Positions 17,979 to 24,947 of a DNA stretch of 33,830 nucleotides are shown piece by piece. The stretch lies in the UHGV virus genome UHGV-0322223. One strand, 5' to 3'. Position 1 is the stretch's first letter, and each line of letters begins with the position of its first letter. The notes under the pieces were generated by a model. That model did not search any database. It saw only the letters and a program-made list of their open reading frames with translations, and had not been told where the DNA came from. The stretch comes from a virus. Made by a program: the position numbers and the translations under genes.

Positions 17979-18394
17979 CGTTCTACCTCCAACAAATCTG
18001 CATTATCGAAAATGTTGCCGATTACTTCAACACAGTTCCTTTCACATACATAAAAACCAAGATTGCAGGCGTCTGTGTGCATCTCTTTTCCAAATACATA
18101 ACTGTAATCTAACTGCCAATCTCCTTTATTGTATGTCACGATTTCAGGATATTTTTCTTTTCTATTGCAGATATCATTCTCCCAAATCTTATTACCGTTC
18201 TTGTCAGTAAGTCCTGTGTACTGGCAGATGGTGCCGGGGTCGATTTCAATCCATTCATTTTCTCTTTCATCAAAACCTATTTCTTTATTTAGGATCTGGA
18301 GAATATAGCGGCGTTTCCTGCAATAAACATAATATCCTTCCACCCATTCACCATTATCTTTTCTCTTTGCTTTAAAAAGTATTTGTCTATTCAT
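17975..18394 (-). CDS. YopX-family protein
   Basis: A 139-aa ORF with the YopX-like core and a C-terminal GNIFDNADLLE motif. Confidence 0.65.
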   Translation of the reverse strand: MNRQILFKAKRKDNGEWVEGYYVYCRKRRYILQILNKEIGFDERENEWIEIDPGTICQYTGLTDKNGNKIWENDICNRKEKYPEIVTYNKGDWQLDYSYVFGKEMHTDACNLGFYVCERNCVEVIGNIFDNADLLEVER

Positions 18395-18484
18395 CTTCTA
18401 CCTCATTAAAACTCTAATCTAATTCCCGTATATTCCAGATGTTGTATTCATATGTGTCATGTTCTGCAATTTCTTCTTCGTCCC

Positions 18485-18868
18485 TTACTTGTTCTCTCTG
18501 ATCCCTAGCTCAATCCCTAGTTCCTCTTTGATCGTTTTTATATAATCGTTCCAGCTTGCCATGTCATCCATGATGCATTCCGCCTTTTTGTTAAACCTCT
18601 TAATAAATCGGTCGCATCTTTGTGTTCCGAAGCCGAACTCGTCATGTAAGGTTGCCACGGAAAGGATTGTTACTGTGTCTACTGTCTGTTCTTTGATCTT
18701 GATTGTCGCCCTGTTAATGTCTTTTTTTGCTAAGGCGGTACGGATTCCGGTGACATTCCTGAATTTGATTTCTTTTTCCAACGCTTCGACACCCTCATTT
18801 TTGACGATTTCAAGCGCCATTAATAATCCATCTTCCCGTCCTGTTATGTAATCGTTTCTTTTTGCCAT
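18485..18868 (-). CDS. Hypothetical early protein
   Basis: A 127-aa ORF. The upstream region contains an 18-bp perfect palindrome. Confidence 0.45.
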   Translation of the reverse strand: MAKRNDYITGREDGLLMALEIVKNEGVEALEKEIKFRNVTGIRTALAKKDINRATIKIKEQTVDTVTILSVATLHDEFGFGTQRCDRFIKRFNKKAECIMDDMASWNDYIKTIKEELGIELGIRENK

Positions 18869-18919
18869 TGTTTTTCCTCTTTTTCATCCTTTTTTTCGAG
18901 ATGTCAAAATCCCACTTCA

Positions 18920-18937
18920 AAACAGTAATTACTGTTT
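18920..18937. promoter_or_regulatory. 18-bp perfect palindrome AAACAGTAATTACTGTTT (candidate operator / regulator binding site)
   Basis: The sequence is exactly self-complementary. It lies between genes 18974-19216 and 18485-18868, next to a TTGACA hexamer on the minus strand. Confidence 0.45.
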
Positions 18938-18973
18938 GTAGCAGGTTTTTGATTGATCCTTTTTTCTATCCTT

Positions 18974-19216
18974 TTATACTATAATTTCTTCGACACTTAT
19001 ACAGCGTTTGTGATGCAATTCTTTTCCCGATCTATAGTAAAGATCGCCTGTTTCTGCATTCCAACCCCAATCAATCACGTTATAAACGGTCTTGATGCCT
19101 GTTTTTGTTTTTATTTTTAAGATCCTCACGTTTTTCTCCTTTCTCCCGCCGCACAAAACGGCGGGGAACCCTGTATTTACTGGTTGCGCGTGACATTTTA
19201 TATGTATCATCGCCAT
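18974..19216 (-). CDS. Hypothetical small protein (possibly 51 aa from an internal GTG with a strong SD)
   Basis: The ATG at 19216 has a CCTCC (anti-SD) context. An internal GTG is preceded by AGAAAGGAGAAAAAC, and a GC-rich hairpin lies just upstream. Confidence 0.3.
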   Translation of the reverse strand: MAMIHIKCHAQPVNTGFPAVLCGGRKEKNVRILKIKTKTGIKTVYNVIDWGWNAETGDLYYRSGKELHHKRCISVEEIIV

Positions 19217-19228
19217 ATGGCGGAGGTA

Positions 19229-19621
19229 CTAGAGGTAGTTCTTCCTTGCGATCTGTTCCCATTCTTTTCGGGTGTGAACCTTTTCAAACTCTGTTTGTGC
19301 GATTTTACAGAGCAGCTCCCTTGTTTTTCGGCTGTTGTGTACTGCCTGCTGCCCCGTTCGATGATGCTCAATGCATAGGTCTACTTTTAACCCGTTTTCT
19401 TCAGATATCGCTCTTTGTCCTGCCCCGAACAGGATATGATGCTCTTCCGTCTGCTTTACGGAATAGTCACCATTTAACCGGGCGCATAAGTAGCAAATGC
19501 CCTTTTGACTGTTTAAAATGCTTTTTTTGTGGATTTTCCGTTTTTTCTTCTTTCTCGGCTTCGGGAAAGCCATGTCCGAATAGTCAATGCTCATCTTCCG
19601 TCTCCTGTGTGTATAACTCAT
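19229..19621 (-). CDS. HNH nuclease, YajD/HNHc_6-like
   Basis: The motifs C.LCARLNG....EEHHILFGAGQRAISEENGLKVDLCIEHH give an HNH with a CxxC...H..H core. Confidence 0.5.
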   Translation of the reverse strand: MSYTHRRRKMSIDYSDMAFPKPRKKKKRKIHKKSILNSQKGICYLCARLNGDYSVKQTEEHHILFGAGQRAISEENGLKVDLCIEHHRTGQQAVHNSRKTRELLCKIAQTEFEKVHTRKEWEQIARKNYL

Positions 19622-20972
19622 GAGTCCCGTTTAGGATCTTTAGTTCTTCCAGTGATCGAAATGAGAACCCCATCTGCTGAAGTAATCTATAGAAGTCTCT
19701 TAGGCATTTCATCCCTTTTTCGTAGTGTCCGTAATAGTCAGTTGCTTCGTACGGCTCTGCCGTCCGGGTCAAGAGGATCAGCATTTGCTTTTCTTGGCTT
19801 ATTTCTGCAAATTCTTTTTCGATCCGTTCTTTTTCCTCTTCTTTCGCTTTGTACGCGTTTTCGATCCCGTAAAATCCATACACCTCGTTCATGTGTGCTA
19901 CGCTTCCGCCGTCCGTTATCCGGTTTATCATGATCTTCCAGCCTGTTTCTTTTACATCAACTTCTTTCGGTATTGTGATTTTTCCCGACACAAGTTCTTT
20001 AATAAAATCGTTCCTTTCCCTTCTCATCCTTTTCAGGATTTCCGTTATTTTTCTTTTGTTTTCCTTGATTTTCTCCGTTTTCTTTTCCTGTTCCGTTTTT
20101 TCCCGCTCTTTTTGTATTACTTTTTTTACTACATAGATCCTATCGTAGTATTGATAATAATAGAGCTGATCTTTTGTGTCTTGCAGATCGATTTTTGTTT
20201 GATCCTCCCACTGTGATAGATCAATATTTGTTATCTCTTTCCATTTTCCGGTCCATCTTTCTTCTTTCGCTCTTTTCGGCGCGGCTTTTACTCCTTTTTC
20301 TTCCAGTATTTCAAACACTATTTGAGCGTTTTTCTTTATTTTTTCTTCTTTCACGGCCTGTTTTGCTTTCCATGCGATTTCGCGTGACGATACTGCAGTC
20401 TTAAGGATTTCATTCCTTTTTTTGATGTCTTGTACCTTCTCCAGCTCGTAAAGGTCCGTTAATGTGAGTTGGAAGTTCTTATTTTCTTCGCGCCTCGTAA
20501 GTGTTTCTTGATCCAGTTTTGCAAGATTTAACCTATGTCGTACTGTACTTCTGCTAAATCCGGTCTTTTCCGCGATTGTTGTTTCTGTTTCTCCCAAATC
20601 CAACATGAGCTGGAATCCTTGTGCTTGCTCGCTTACTGATAGATCGCTGCGCTGCATGTTTTCCAACAACATCGTTGATATTTGCTCTTTTTCCGTCATT
20701 TCCACAACGGAACAGGGCATTGTTTTCAATCCCGCTTTTCTCGCTGCCGTCAGTCTTCGGTTTCCGATCACTACAAGATAGTGGTCTTTTTTGTCCGGGT
20801 TTGGTACTACAGTCAAATTTTGCATTACGCCACGAGCTTTTATGCTTTCCGCCAGCTCGTCAATGTCGGTGTATACCTTCCGCACGTTCTGCGGGTGTAT
20901 GTCTAACTGTTCGATTGCAATATCTTGTATCATATCTGCTCTCCTTTCAGTAATTTTTCCACTTCCCACCAA
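19584..20972 (-). CDS. ParB-like N-terminal nuclease domain protein with a long K/E-rich coiled-coil C-terminus
   Basis: The N-terminus ..IEQLDIHPQNVRKV......LAESIKARGVMQNLTVVP......YLVVIGNRRLTAARKAG matches the ParB/Srx motif (GNRR). The C-terminal 250 aa are low-complexity K/E-rich. Confidence 0.65.
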   Translation of the reverse strand: MVGSGKITERRADMIQDIAIEQLDIHPQNVRKVYTDIDELAESIKARGVMQNLTVVPNPDKKDHYLVVIGNRRLTAARKAGLKTMPCSVVEMTEKEQISTMLLENMQRSDLSVSEQAQGFQLMLDLGETETTIAEKTGFSRSTVRHRLNLAKLDQETLTRREENKNFQLTLTDLYELEKVQDIKKRNEILKTAVSSREIAWKAKQAVKEEKIKKNAQIVFEILEEKGVKAAPKRAKEERWTGKWKEITNIDLSQWEDQTKIDLQDTKDQLYYYQYYDRIYVVKKVIQKEREKTEQEKKTEKIKENKRKITEILKRMRRERNDFIKELVSGKITIPKEVDVKETGWKIMINRITDGGSVAHMNEVYGFYGIENAYKAKEEEKERIEKEFAEISQEKQMLILLTRTAEPYEATDYYGHYEKGMKCLRDFYRLLQQMGFSFRSLEELKILNGTHELYTQETEDEH

Positions 20973-21190
20973 GTAAACGACCTTTTGATCCCGTAAGGGT
21001 TTTCAAAAAGTGCGTGGTGTGGAAACGCTTTTAAAAAGCGCATCCGTTTCTTGATGGCAGTGTGTTTTTCGCTTCTTTCCGGCTGCTGCCGGAAAATCAA
21101 CGTATATATCTTTCCTTCAACGAGTCTTGGGCGGTTGCCGATGTATTCCCTTGCGTTTTTCGCGCATCTTGCTTCTTTTGTAATTCTCAT
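20930..21190 (-). CDS. Hypothetical protein
   Basis: An 86-aa ORF overlapping the ParB-like gene start by 43 nt. Confidence 0.35.
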   Translation of the reverse strand: MRITKEARCAKNAREYIGNRPRLVEGKIYTLIFRQQPERSEKHTAIKKRMRFLKAFPHHALFENPYGIKRSFTWWEVEKLLKGEQI

Positions 21191-21200
21191 GGTGTCCTCC

Positions 21201-21626
21201 TTATGTTAGTTCTTCTCTTAGCAATCCCTGATAATCATTGCTGGCGCAAAAGCGAAATTCCGTTTCGTGTTTCTCCGCTTCCTCAAGGTACATTTTCCAT
21301 AATTCTTTATTTTGGACTTCCGCGCCTGTGGCTTTTTTCCACTCGGATCGCCGCCACTTCTCCGGCGCTCCTTGTTCTGAAATATTTTTGATATAAGCGT
21401 TATCAGTGTGAATTACAACATGACACTGCTCTTTTAATTTTTGTAATGATTTTATGATTGCGATCAGCGTCAATCTGTTGTAAGTAGATTCGCACTCTTC
21501 GCCACTCATGACCCGGTATGCTTCTTCTCCGTTTGACCTAGTAAATACTAGGGCGGATGCGTATTTCCCATCTTTTACAATGGGGGATTTTATGGTGGTT
21601 TCTATGTAGATATTTACTGTTTTCAT
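21201..21626 (-). CDS. RNase H-like protein (RNase HI fold)
   Basis: The sequence aligns to E. coli RNase HI: VNIYIETT..(DGS region), TYNRLTLIAII (TNNRMEL region), HVVIHTDNAY (ILSTDSQY). The first and second catalytic positions appear as E and T rather than D and E. Confidence 0.5.
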   Translation of the reverse strand: MKTVNIYIETTIKSPIVKDGKYASALVFTRSNGEEAYRVMSGEECESTYNRLTLIAIIKSLQKLKEQCHVVIHTDNAYIKNISEQGAPEKWRRSEWKKATGAEVQNKELWKMYLEEAEKHETEFRFCASNDYQGLLREELT

Positions 21627-21627
21627 T

Positions 21628-22389
21628 TTAAATCCTCCTGTGGATTCTGATCAGTGTGTATCTGCGGTATCTCATCCCCGTAGCCGGGTTGATCCCCTCG
21701 TAACTGTTTGCGATGTAATAGCCTTTTTTGGGTTTTACTTCTTTTTGCCAGCGTACAAGTTTTTGGGATTTCGGTTCGGGTAACGGCATATTTTTCGCAT
21801 GGTTGTAGCTTGCTTCTTTTAGTCGCGGTTTTCCTTTGCTTCCGTCCGATCGTTTTTCTCTTGTTTTTTCGTTTTTTGTCATATAGTTTGCCAGTTTTGT
21901 AAAATCCTCATCGTAAAACCGGCTTTTTTTGATCTGCGTAATATAGATTGCTCCGTGTTCCCATGCATCTTCGATCCATTCTGCCGCCCCTGATGTTTTT
22001 TTAATGACTAGATGGATGTGCCATGCACCCTTTGTGCCCCGCTCTATGTTTCTGATCCAGTAAAACGGAGTGTTTGCCTTTTTATATTTCGGACGGAGCT
22101 TTCGGAGTGCTTTTTGTAAGTCTTTTAGTGCCACTGTCATGTCTTTCGGTCTTTGCTCGACTTTGTAGGTGTATGTTACAAAGTAGTCTCCTGCATCAAA
22201 ATATTCGATCAGTAATCGTCTGCATATCTTCGCTCGGTTGGCTTGGTTGACTGCCGCCATCTGTTCCGGCGTCGGTTTCTTTTTCTTTTGCCGTGCCTTT
22301 CCTTTTGCTCCATATCTTCCGTCTGGATATTCCTCTACGTCGTAGACGTCTCCGCCCCGTAATTTGTACGTTTTTCTCCGTGTTGCCAT
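21628..22389 (-). CDS. Rolling-circle replication initiator (HUH endonuclease Rep, pC194/phiX-like superfamily)
   Basis: The three RCR motifs occur in order: FVTYTYK (motif 1), AWHIHLVI (HUH, motif 2) and LANYMTK (YxxK, motif 3). A strongly basic N-terminus is present. Confidence 0.55.
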   Translation of the reverse strand: MATRRKTYKLRGGDVYDVEEYPDGRYGAKGKARQKKKKPTPEQMAAVNQANRAKICRRLLIEYFDAGDYFVTYTYKVEQRPKDMTVALKDLQKALRKLRPKYKKANTPFYWIRNIERGTKGAWHIHLVIKKTSGAAEWIEDAWEHGAIYITQIKKSRFYDEDFTKLANYMTKNEKTREKRSDGSKGKPRLKEASYNHAKNMPLPEPKSQKLVRWQKEVKPKKGYYIANSYEGINPATGMRYRRYTLIRIHRRI

Positions 22390-22455
22390 CTTTTATCTGT
22401 CCTAACTTTAATATCTTTATCGAGGTTTAAAAGCGGGAGTCCCCGCGTGTATCGC

Positions 22456-22484
22456 TTGACTTCCCGCCTCTTATTTGATACAAT
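22456..22484 (+). promoter_or_regulatory. Consensus-like sigma-A promoter TTGACT-N17-TACAAT overlapping the dso hairpin
   Basis: TTGACT lies at 22456-22461, the spacer is 17 nt, and TACAAT lies at 22479-22484. It would fire rightward toward a terminator about 40 nt downstream. Confidence 0.35.
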
Positions 22485-22508
22485 ATATTTGTCCTAACAA
22501 GAGGCGGG
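22463..22508. promoter_or_regulatory. Candidate double-strand origin (dso) nick-site hairpin
   Basis: A perfect 10-bp inverted repeat CCCGCCTCTT...AAGAGGCGGG has a 26-nt loop containing TCTTATTTGATACAATA. This loop closely resembles the pC194/pUB110/phiX174 nick region TCTTATCTTG^ATA. It lies 75 bp upstream of the Rep start codon. Confidence 0.45.
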
Positions 22509-22553
22509 AACGCCATCTTTTAAGCGCATCAGTTGCTGTGATGCGCTTTTTTT
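22491..22553 (+). ncRNA. Candidate short transcript (about 60 nt) from the promoter to the terminator; possible Rep-control countertranscript or origin RNA
   Basis: The promoter at 22456-22484 is followed by a strong terminator at 22522-22553, with no ORF between them. Confidence 0.25.
22522..22553 (+). terminator. Rho-independent terminator
   Basis: A 10-bp perfect stem AAGCGCATCA / TGATGCGCTT with a 7-nt loop, followed by TTTTTTT. Confidence 0.65.
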
Positions 22554-22688
22554 AATTGATTACATATGTACCGCCGCGCTTTTTTTGCTTTTCGCGCGCA
22601 TACGCTTCGACTTCCGATCTGGTCATTGCCTTGCACTCTAATGCGTACGGATCTCCCCAGCGGATGATCCACAAAATAACTTCTTCTT

Positions 22689-22934
22689 TCATTTCATGAG
22701 GTGTTTCGCTGCTTCTCTCGCTATTTCTTGTGCTGATTTTTTTATTTCCTCTTCTATTTCTTCTTGCGTCATTGTGGATGTTTCAACTATTTTTTGCATT
22801 GACTTTTCTGCGTGTTTTTTTCCGTACTCTTCTTCGAGGATGTTTCTTATTCCTCTTAATATCATGACTGTTTCTGCTTCTAATAATATTAAATTTCCTT
22901 TTATTTCCACATTGCCTTTACTGCATTTAATCAT
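22689..22934 (-). CDS. Hypothetical early protein
   Basis: An 81-aa charged ORF. Confidence 0.4.
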   Translation of the reverse strand: MIKCSKGNVEIKGNLILLEAETVMILRGIRNILEEEYGKKHAEKSMQKIVETSTMTQEEIEEEIKKSAQEIAREAAKHLMK

Positions 22935-22984
22935 CTTTACAAATTCCTTTCTTTCCCGTACAATAATCTTGGTTGTTTATCTAT

Positions 22985-23016
22985 GCGTCCTAGAGGTTGC
23001 CGCCTCTTATGGGCGC
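22985..23016 (-). promoter_or_regulatory. Conserved two-tier hairpin downstream of paralog A
   Basis: The structure is GCGTCC-TAGAGG-ttgccg-CCTCT-tat-GGGCGC. The inner stem AGAGG/CCTCT differs from the copy-2 inner stem TGAGG/CCTCA by a compensatory pair. Confidence 0.4.
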
Positions 23017-23213
23017 TTTTTTGTTCTGTGAACGTCAAAGTCTTCGCGATTGCCTATGTTTCCCCACGATGTGATCTGATCGTTTTTTGTAAGTACAACT
23101 GCGTCTGTATAATCCTGATCGTATTTCAGACACCATTCTTCAAGCAGTTCTAAGATGCAGTTCATTTCTTCTTCGGCATCTTTCTTTACCTCTTCGTCCA
23201 TTTCTTTGTTCAC
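23007..23213 (-). CDS. Small acidic protein, paralog A (68 aa)
   Basis: MNKEMDEEVKKDAEEEMNCILELLEEWCLKYDQDY..., about 85 percent identical to the 23869-24075 product. Confidence 0.5.
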   Translation of the reverse strand: MNKEMDEEVKKDAEEEMNCILELLEEWCLKYDQDYTDAVVLTKNDQITSWGNIGNREDFDVHRTKKRP

Positions 23214-23217
23214 CTCC

Positions 23218-23292
23218 TTAGATTGGGCCTGCCTGCAGGATGTAAATAATCACAGCCATCACCGCATTTAACATCACACTATCTTCTTTCAT
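23218..23292 (-). pseudogene. 24-aa remnant of the 72-aa membrane-protein gene, translationally coupled (TAATG) to the upstream gene
   Basis: MKEDSVMLNAVMAVIIYILQAGPI is identical to the C-terminus of the 24080-24298 product. The start ATG overlaps the stop of 23292-23801. Confidence 0.35.
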
Positions 23293-23801
23293 TACTCAAC
23301 GTATTTTCTATTTCCTACTTCGTTTTCATCCTCTTCAAATCTGAGTTCCATCAGGTCTGCCAGCATCAGGTATTCTTGTGCCTTCTTTGTTTCTCCGTGT
23401 GTCTCCCGGATCTTATCCCGGAACTGTGCAAGCGTCCCGTAGAAGCATCCGCACCGCACACCCACGCCGCCATCTTTGAGACGGAAGAAGGTCGTTGTAC
23501 GGTTGACAGATCCGAAACCGTGAGCGTATGCATAGTCCCCATTGCCGCACACCCGCGCATCGCCGGAAACCTGTGCATCTCCGTACACCAGCGCATTGCC
23601 GGAAACCTGTGCATTGCCGGAAACCCACGCATTGTCGTACACCCACGCATTGTCGTCATGACCAAGGTTTGATTCCTTCTCCACATACCCGCCAAGTTCT
23701 CCGGCTTCCACATCGCCGAACTCAACAAGGGCACGGATGCGGAACAGCTTTGTCCCGAACATATTTGTTACAAATTCATTTGTTAATTCAAATTTCTTCA
23801 C
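23292..23801 (-). CDS. Hexapeptide-repeat (left-handed beta-helix-like) protein, GTG start
   Basis: A 169-aa ORF with repeats NAWVYDNAWVSGNAQVSGNALVYGDAQVSGDARVCGNGD. SD AAAGGA lies upstream of GTG. The DNA shows an 18-bp tandem periodicity at about 23520-23650. Confidence 0.5.
   Translation of the reverse strand: MKKFELTNEFVTNMFGTKLFRIRALVEFGDVEAGELGGYVEKESNLGHDDNAWVYDNAWVSGNAQVSGNALVYGDAQVSGDARVCGNGDYAYAHGFGSVNRTTTFFRLKDGGVGVRCGCFYGTLAQFRDKIRETHGETKKAQEYLMLADLMELRFEEDENEVGNRKYVE
23520..23650. repeat. Imperfect 18-bp tandem repeats (about 7 copies) encoding the hexapeptide repeats
   Basis: gcattgccggaaacctgt and its variants are repeated. This leaves all six frames open, which explains several overlapping ORF-track entries. 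Confidence 0.6.
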
Positions 23802-23845
23802 TTTTCTCGTCCTTTCTGTTACAATAATGTTGATTATTTATCTAT

Positions 23846-23878
23846 GCGCCCTGAGGTTGCCGCCTCATTTATGGGCGC
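23846..23878 (-). promoter_or_regulatory. Conserved two-tier hairpin downstream of paralog B
   Basis: The structure is GCGCCC-TGAGG-ttgccg-CCTCA-tttat-GGGCGC. Confidence 0.4.
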
Positions 23879-24075
23879 TCTTTTGTTCTGTAAACGTCAA
23901 AATCTTCGTGATTGCCTATACTTCCCCACGATGTGATCTGATCATGTTTTACAAATACAGCCGCGTTTGCATAATCCTGATCGTATTTCAGACACCATTC
24001 TTCAAGTAGATCTAAGATGCAGTTCATTTCTTCTTCGGCATCTTTCTTTACCTTTACATCCATTTCTTTGTTCAC
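23869..24075 (-). CDS. Small acidic protein, paralog B (68 aa)
   Basis: It is about 85 percent identical to paralog A at the protein level. Confidence 0.5.
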   Translation of the reverse strand: MNKEMDVKVKKDAEEEMNCILDLLEEWCLKYDQDYANAAVFVKHDQITSWGSIGNHEDFDVYRTKERP

Positions 24076-24079
24076 CTCC

Positions 24080-24298
24080 TTAGATTGGTCCTGCCTGCAA
24101 GATGTAAATGATCATAGCCATCACCGCGTTTAACATCATGCTGGCAACCGTTACTGCGATCAGACCTCTTGCAGCGCTGTCTCTTTCTTTTCTTTTGTGC
24201 TGAATTTTCTCCTGCTTGTGATCCTCTTCCGGAAAATTTCTCCGCTCGATCGGGATCAGCTCCAGCTCCGGCACTGTCGGTAATTTAATCTCTTCCAT
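24080..24298 (-). CDS. Small protein with a C-terminal transmembrane anchor
   Basis: A 72-aa ORF with a charged N-terminus and the hydrophobic C-terminus GLIAVTVASMMLNAVMAMIIYILQAGPI. SD GAAAGGAAGG is present. Confidence 0.45.
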   Translation of the reverse strand: MEEIKLPTVPELELIPIERRNFPEEDHKQEKIQHKRKERDSAARGLIAVTVASMMLNAVMAMIIYILQAGPI

Positions 24299-24518
24299 GC
24301 TTGTCCTTCCTTTCTACCGCTTACGCGGTTTTCTCTTTTCGTATTAATGCTTCTCTGATAATCCGACTGCATGCGTCTATACTGCTTTGGATCTCTTCTT
24401 TTGTACGGTTTACATAACTGTCGTCATGCACTCGGATTGTTGCACCTCTTATGCGGATTTCTTCAACAATCACGTTCTTCACCTCCTGTTTATGTTTATG
24501 TTTTAATGTTTGTACTTG

Positions 24519-24547
24519 TTGCGTTGTCCCTAAAAATCTCCTATACT
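24519..24547 (+). promoter_or_regulatory. Promoter TTGCGT-N17-TATACT
   Basis: The hexamers and 17-nt spacing read directly from the sequence. It lies about 50 nt upstream of the 24598 ATG. Confidence 0.45.
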
Positions 24548-24597
24548 TTAAATACAGGCACCGGCATGCCGAGTATTAAGAAGGGAGTAGCTACTAT

Positions 24598-24819
24598 ATG
24601 TATGATATTTATTTTTCATATTTCGATGGAAATGATCACTTGTGCACGAATGTAGATAAAATCGAAATTCCTACTTCATCCGGAATAAGAACATATTCGG
24701 GCGATGAAATTGCATCTCAGCATTTTAGGATTCATTCAGAGATTTACCTGTATAGTTCTAGTACAAGCTACACAATTTCTACAACTGGGTTAAAAGCCAT
24801 CGAAATCAGAAAGAAATAA
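24598..24819 (+). CDS. Hypothetical Ser/Tyr-rich small protein on the opposite strand (moron-like)
   Basis: A 73-aa ORF with its own promoter and SD AAGGGAG. It lies in a local AT-rich region. Confidence 0.4.
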   Translation: MYDIYFSYFDGNDHLCTNVDKIEIPTSSGIRTYSGDEIASQHFRIHSEIYLYSSSTSYTISTTGLKAIEIRKK

Positions 24820-24824
24820 TCTTT

Positions 24825-24947
24825 CTATACTAGAACCTCTATACTAATTTCTGTATGGGGGTGCTCTTTCTTTAATTCTTCTGCTTTCTTCAAAACATCA
24901 CTAACATCGTCCATCCTTGTTATGTGAAAAATTATTTTTATTCTCAT
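24825..24947 (-). CDS. Small 40-aa protein (internal ATG with a strong SD inside ORF 24825-25025)
   Basis: GAGGAGGTGAAGGTAATA precedes the ATG at 24947. The upstream TTG start has no SD and sits on a -10 box. Confidence 0.35.
   Translation of the reverse strand: MRIKIIFHITRMDDVSDVLKKAEELKKEHPHTEISIEVLV

Larger units (their letters stand above)
22950..23290. repeat. Copy 1 of an approximately 330-bp duplicated segment (paired with 23810-24140, about 85 percent identity)
   Basis: It carries a paralogous 68-aa gene, the conserved downstream hairpin, and the 3' end of the 72-aa membrane-protein gene. Confidence 0.6.
23810..24140. repeat. Copy 2 of the approximately 330-bp duplicated segment
   Basis: See copy 1. 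Confidence 0.6.

Noticed and set aside
19080-19623. ORFs 19080-19262 (-) and 19105-19623 (+), 19184-19378 (+)
   Set aside because: They overlap the HNHc_6 gene on the opposite strand or out of frame, with low-complexity R/S-rich translations.
22456-22484. Whether the TTGACT/TACAAT hexamers are a real promoter or coincidental within the dso hairpin
   Set aside because: Not rejected outright, but kept at low confidence. The same nucleotides form the putative Rep nick-site loop, so one of the two readings may be fortuitous.
23366-23827. Four overlapping ORFs on both strands (23366-23734, 23376-23672, 23413-23646, 23528-23827) and possible CRISPR-like periodicity
   Set aside because: They are produced by the 18-bp degenerate tandem repeat inside the hexapeptide-repeat gene. 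The repeats are contiguous with no unique spacers, so this is not a CRISPR array. The translations are Arg/Cys/His-rich nonsense.
24315-24472. Possible small minus-strand gene after a strong SD (AGGAGGTGAAGAAC GTG)
   Set aside because: Translation from the GTG hits a stop after 20 codons, so it is not a credible gene. The SD-like sequence may belong to a longer leader.
24371-24655. 94-aa plus-strand ORF
   Set aside because: It has no SD, a hydrophobic low-complexity translation, and overlaps the promoter and start of the better-supported 24598-24819 gene.
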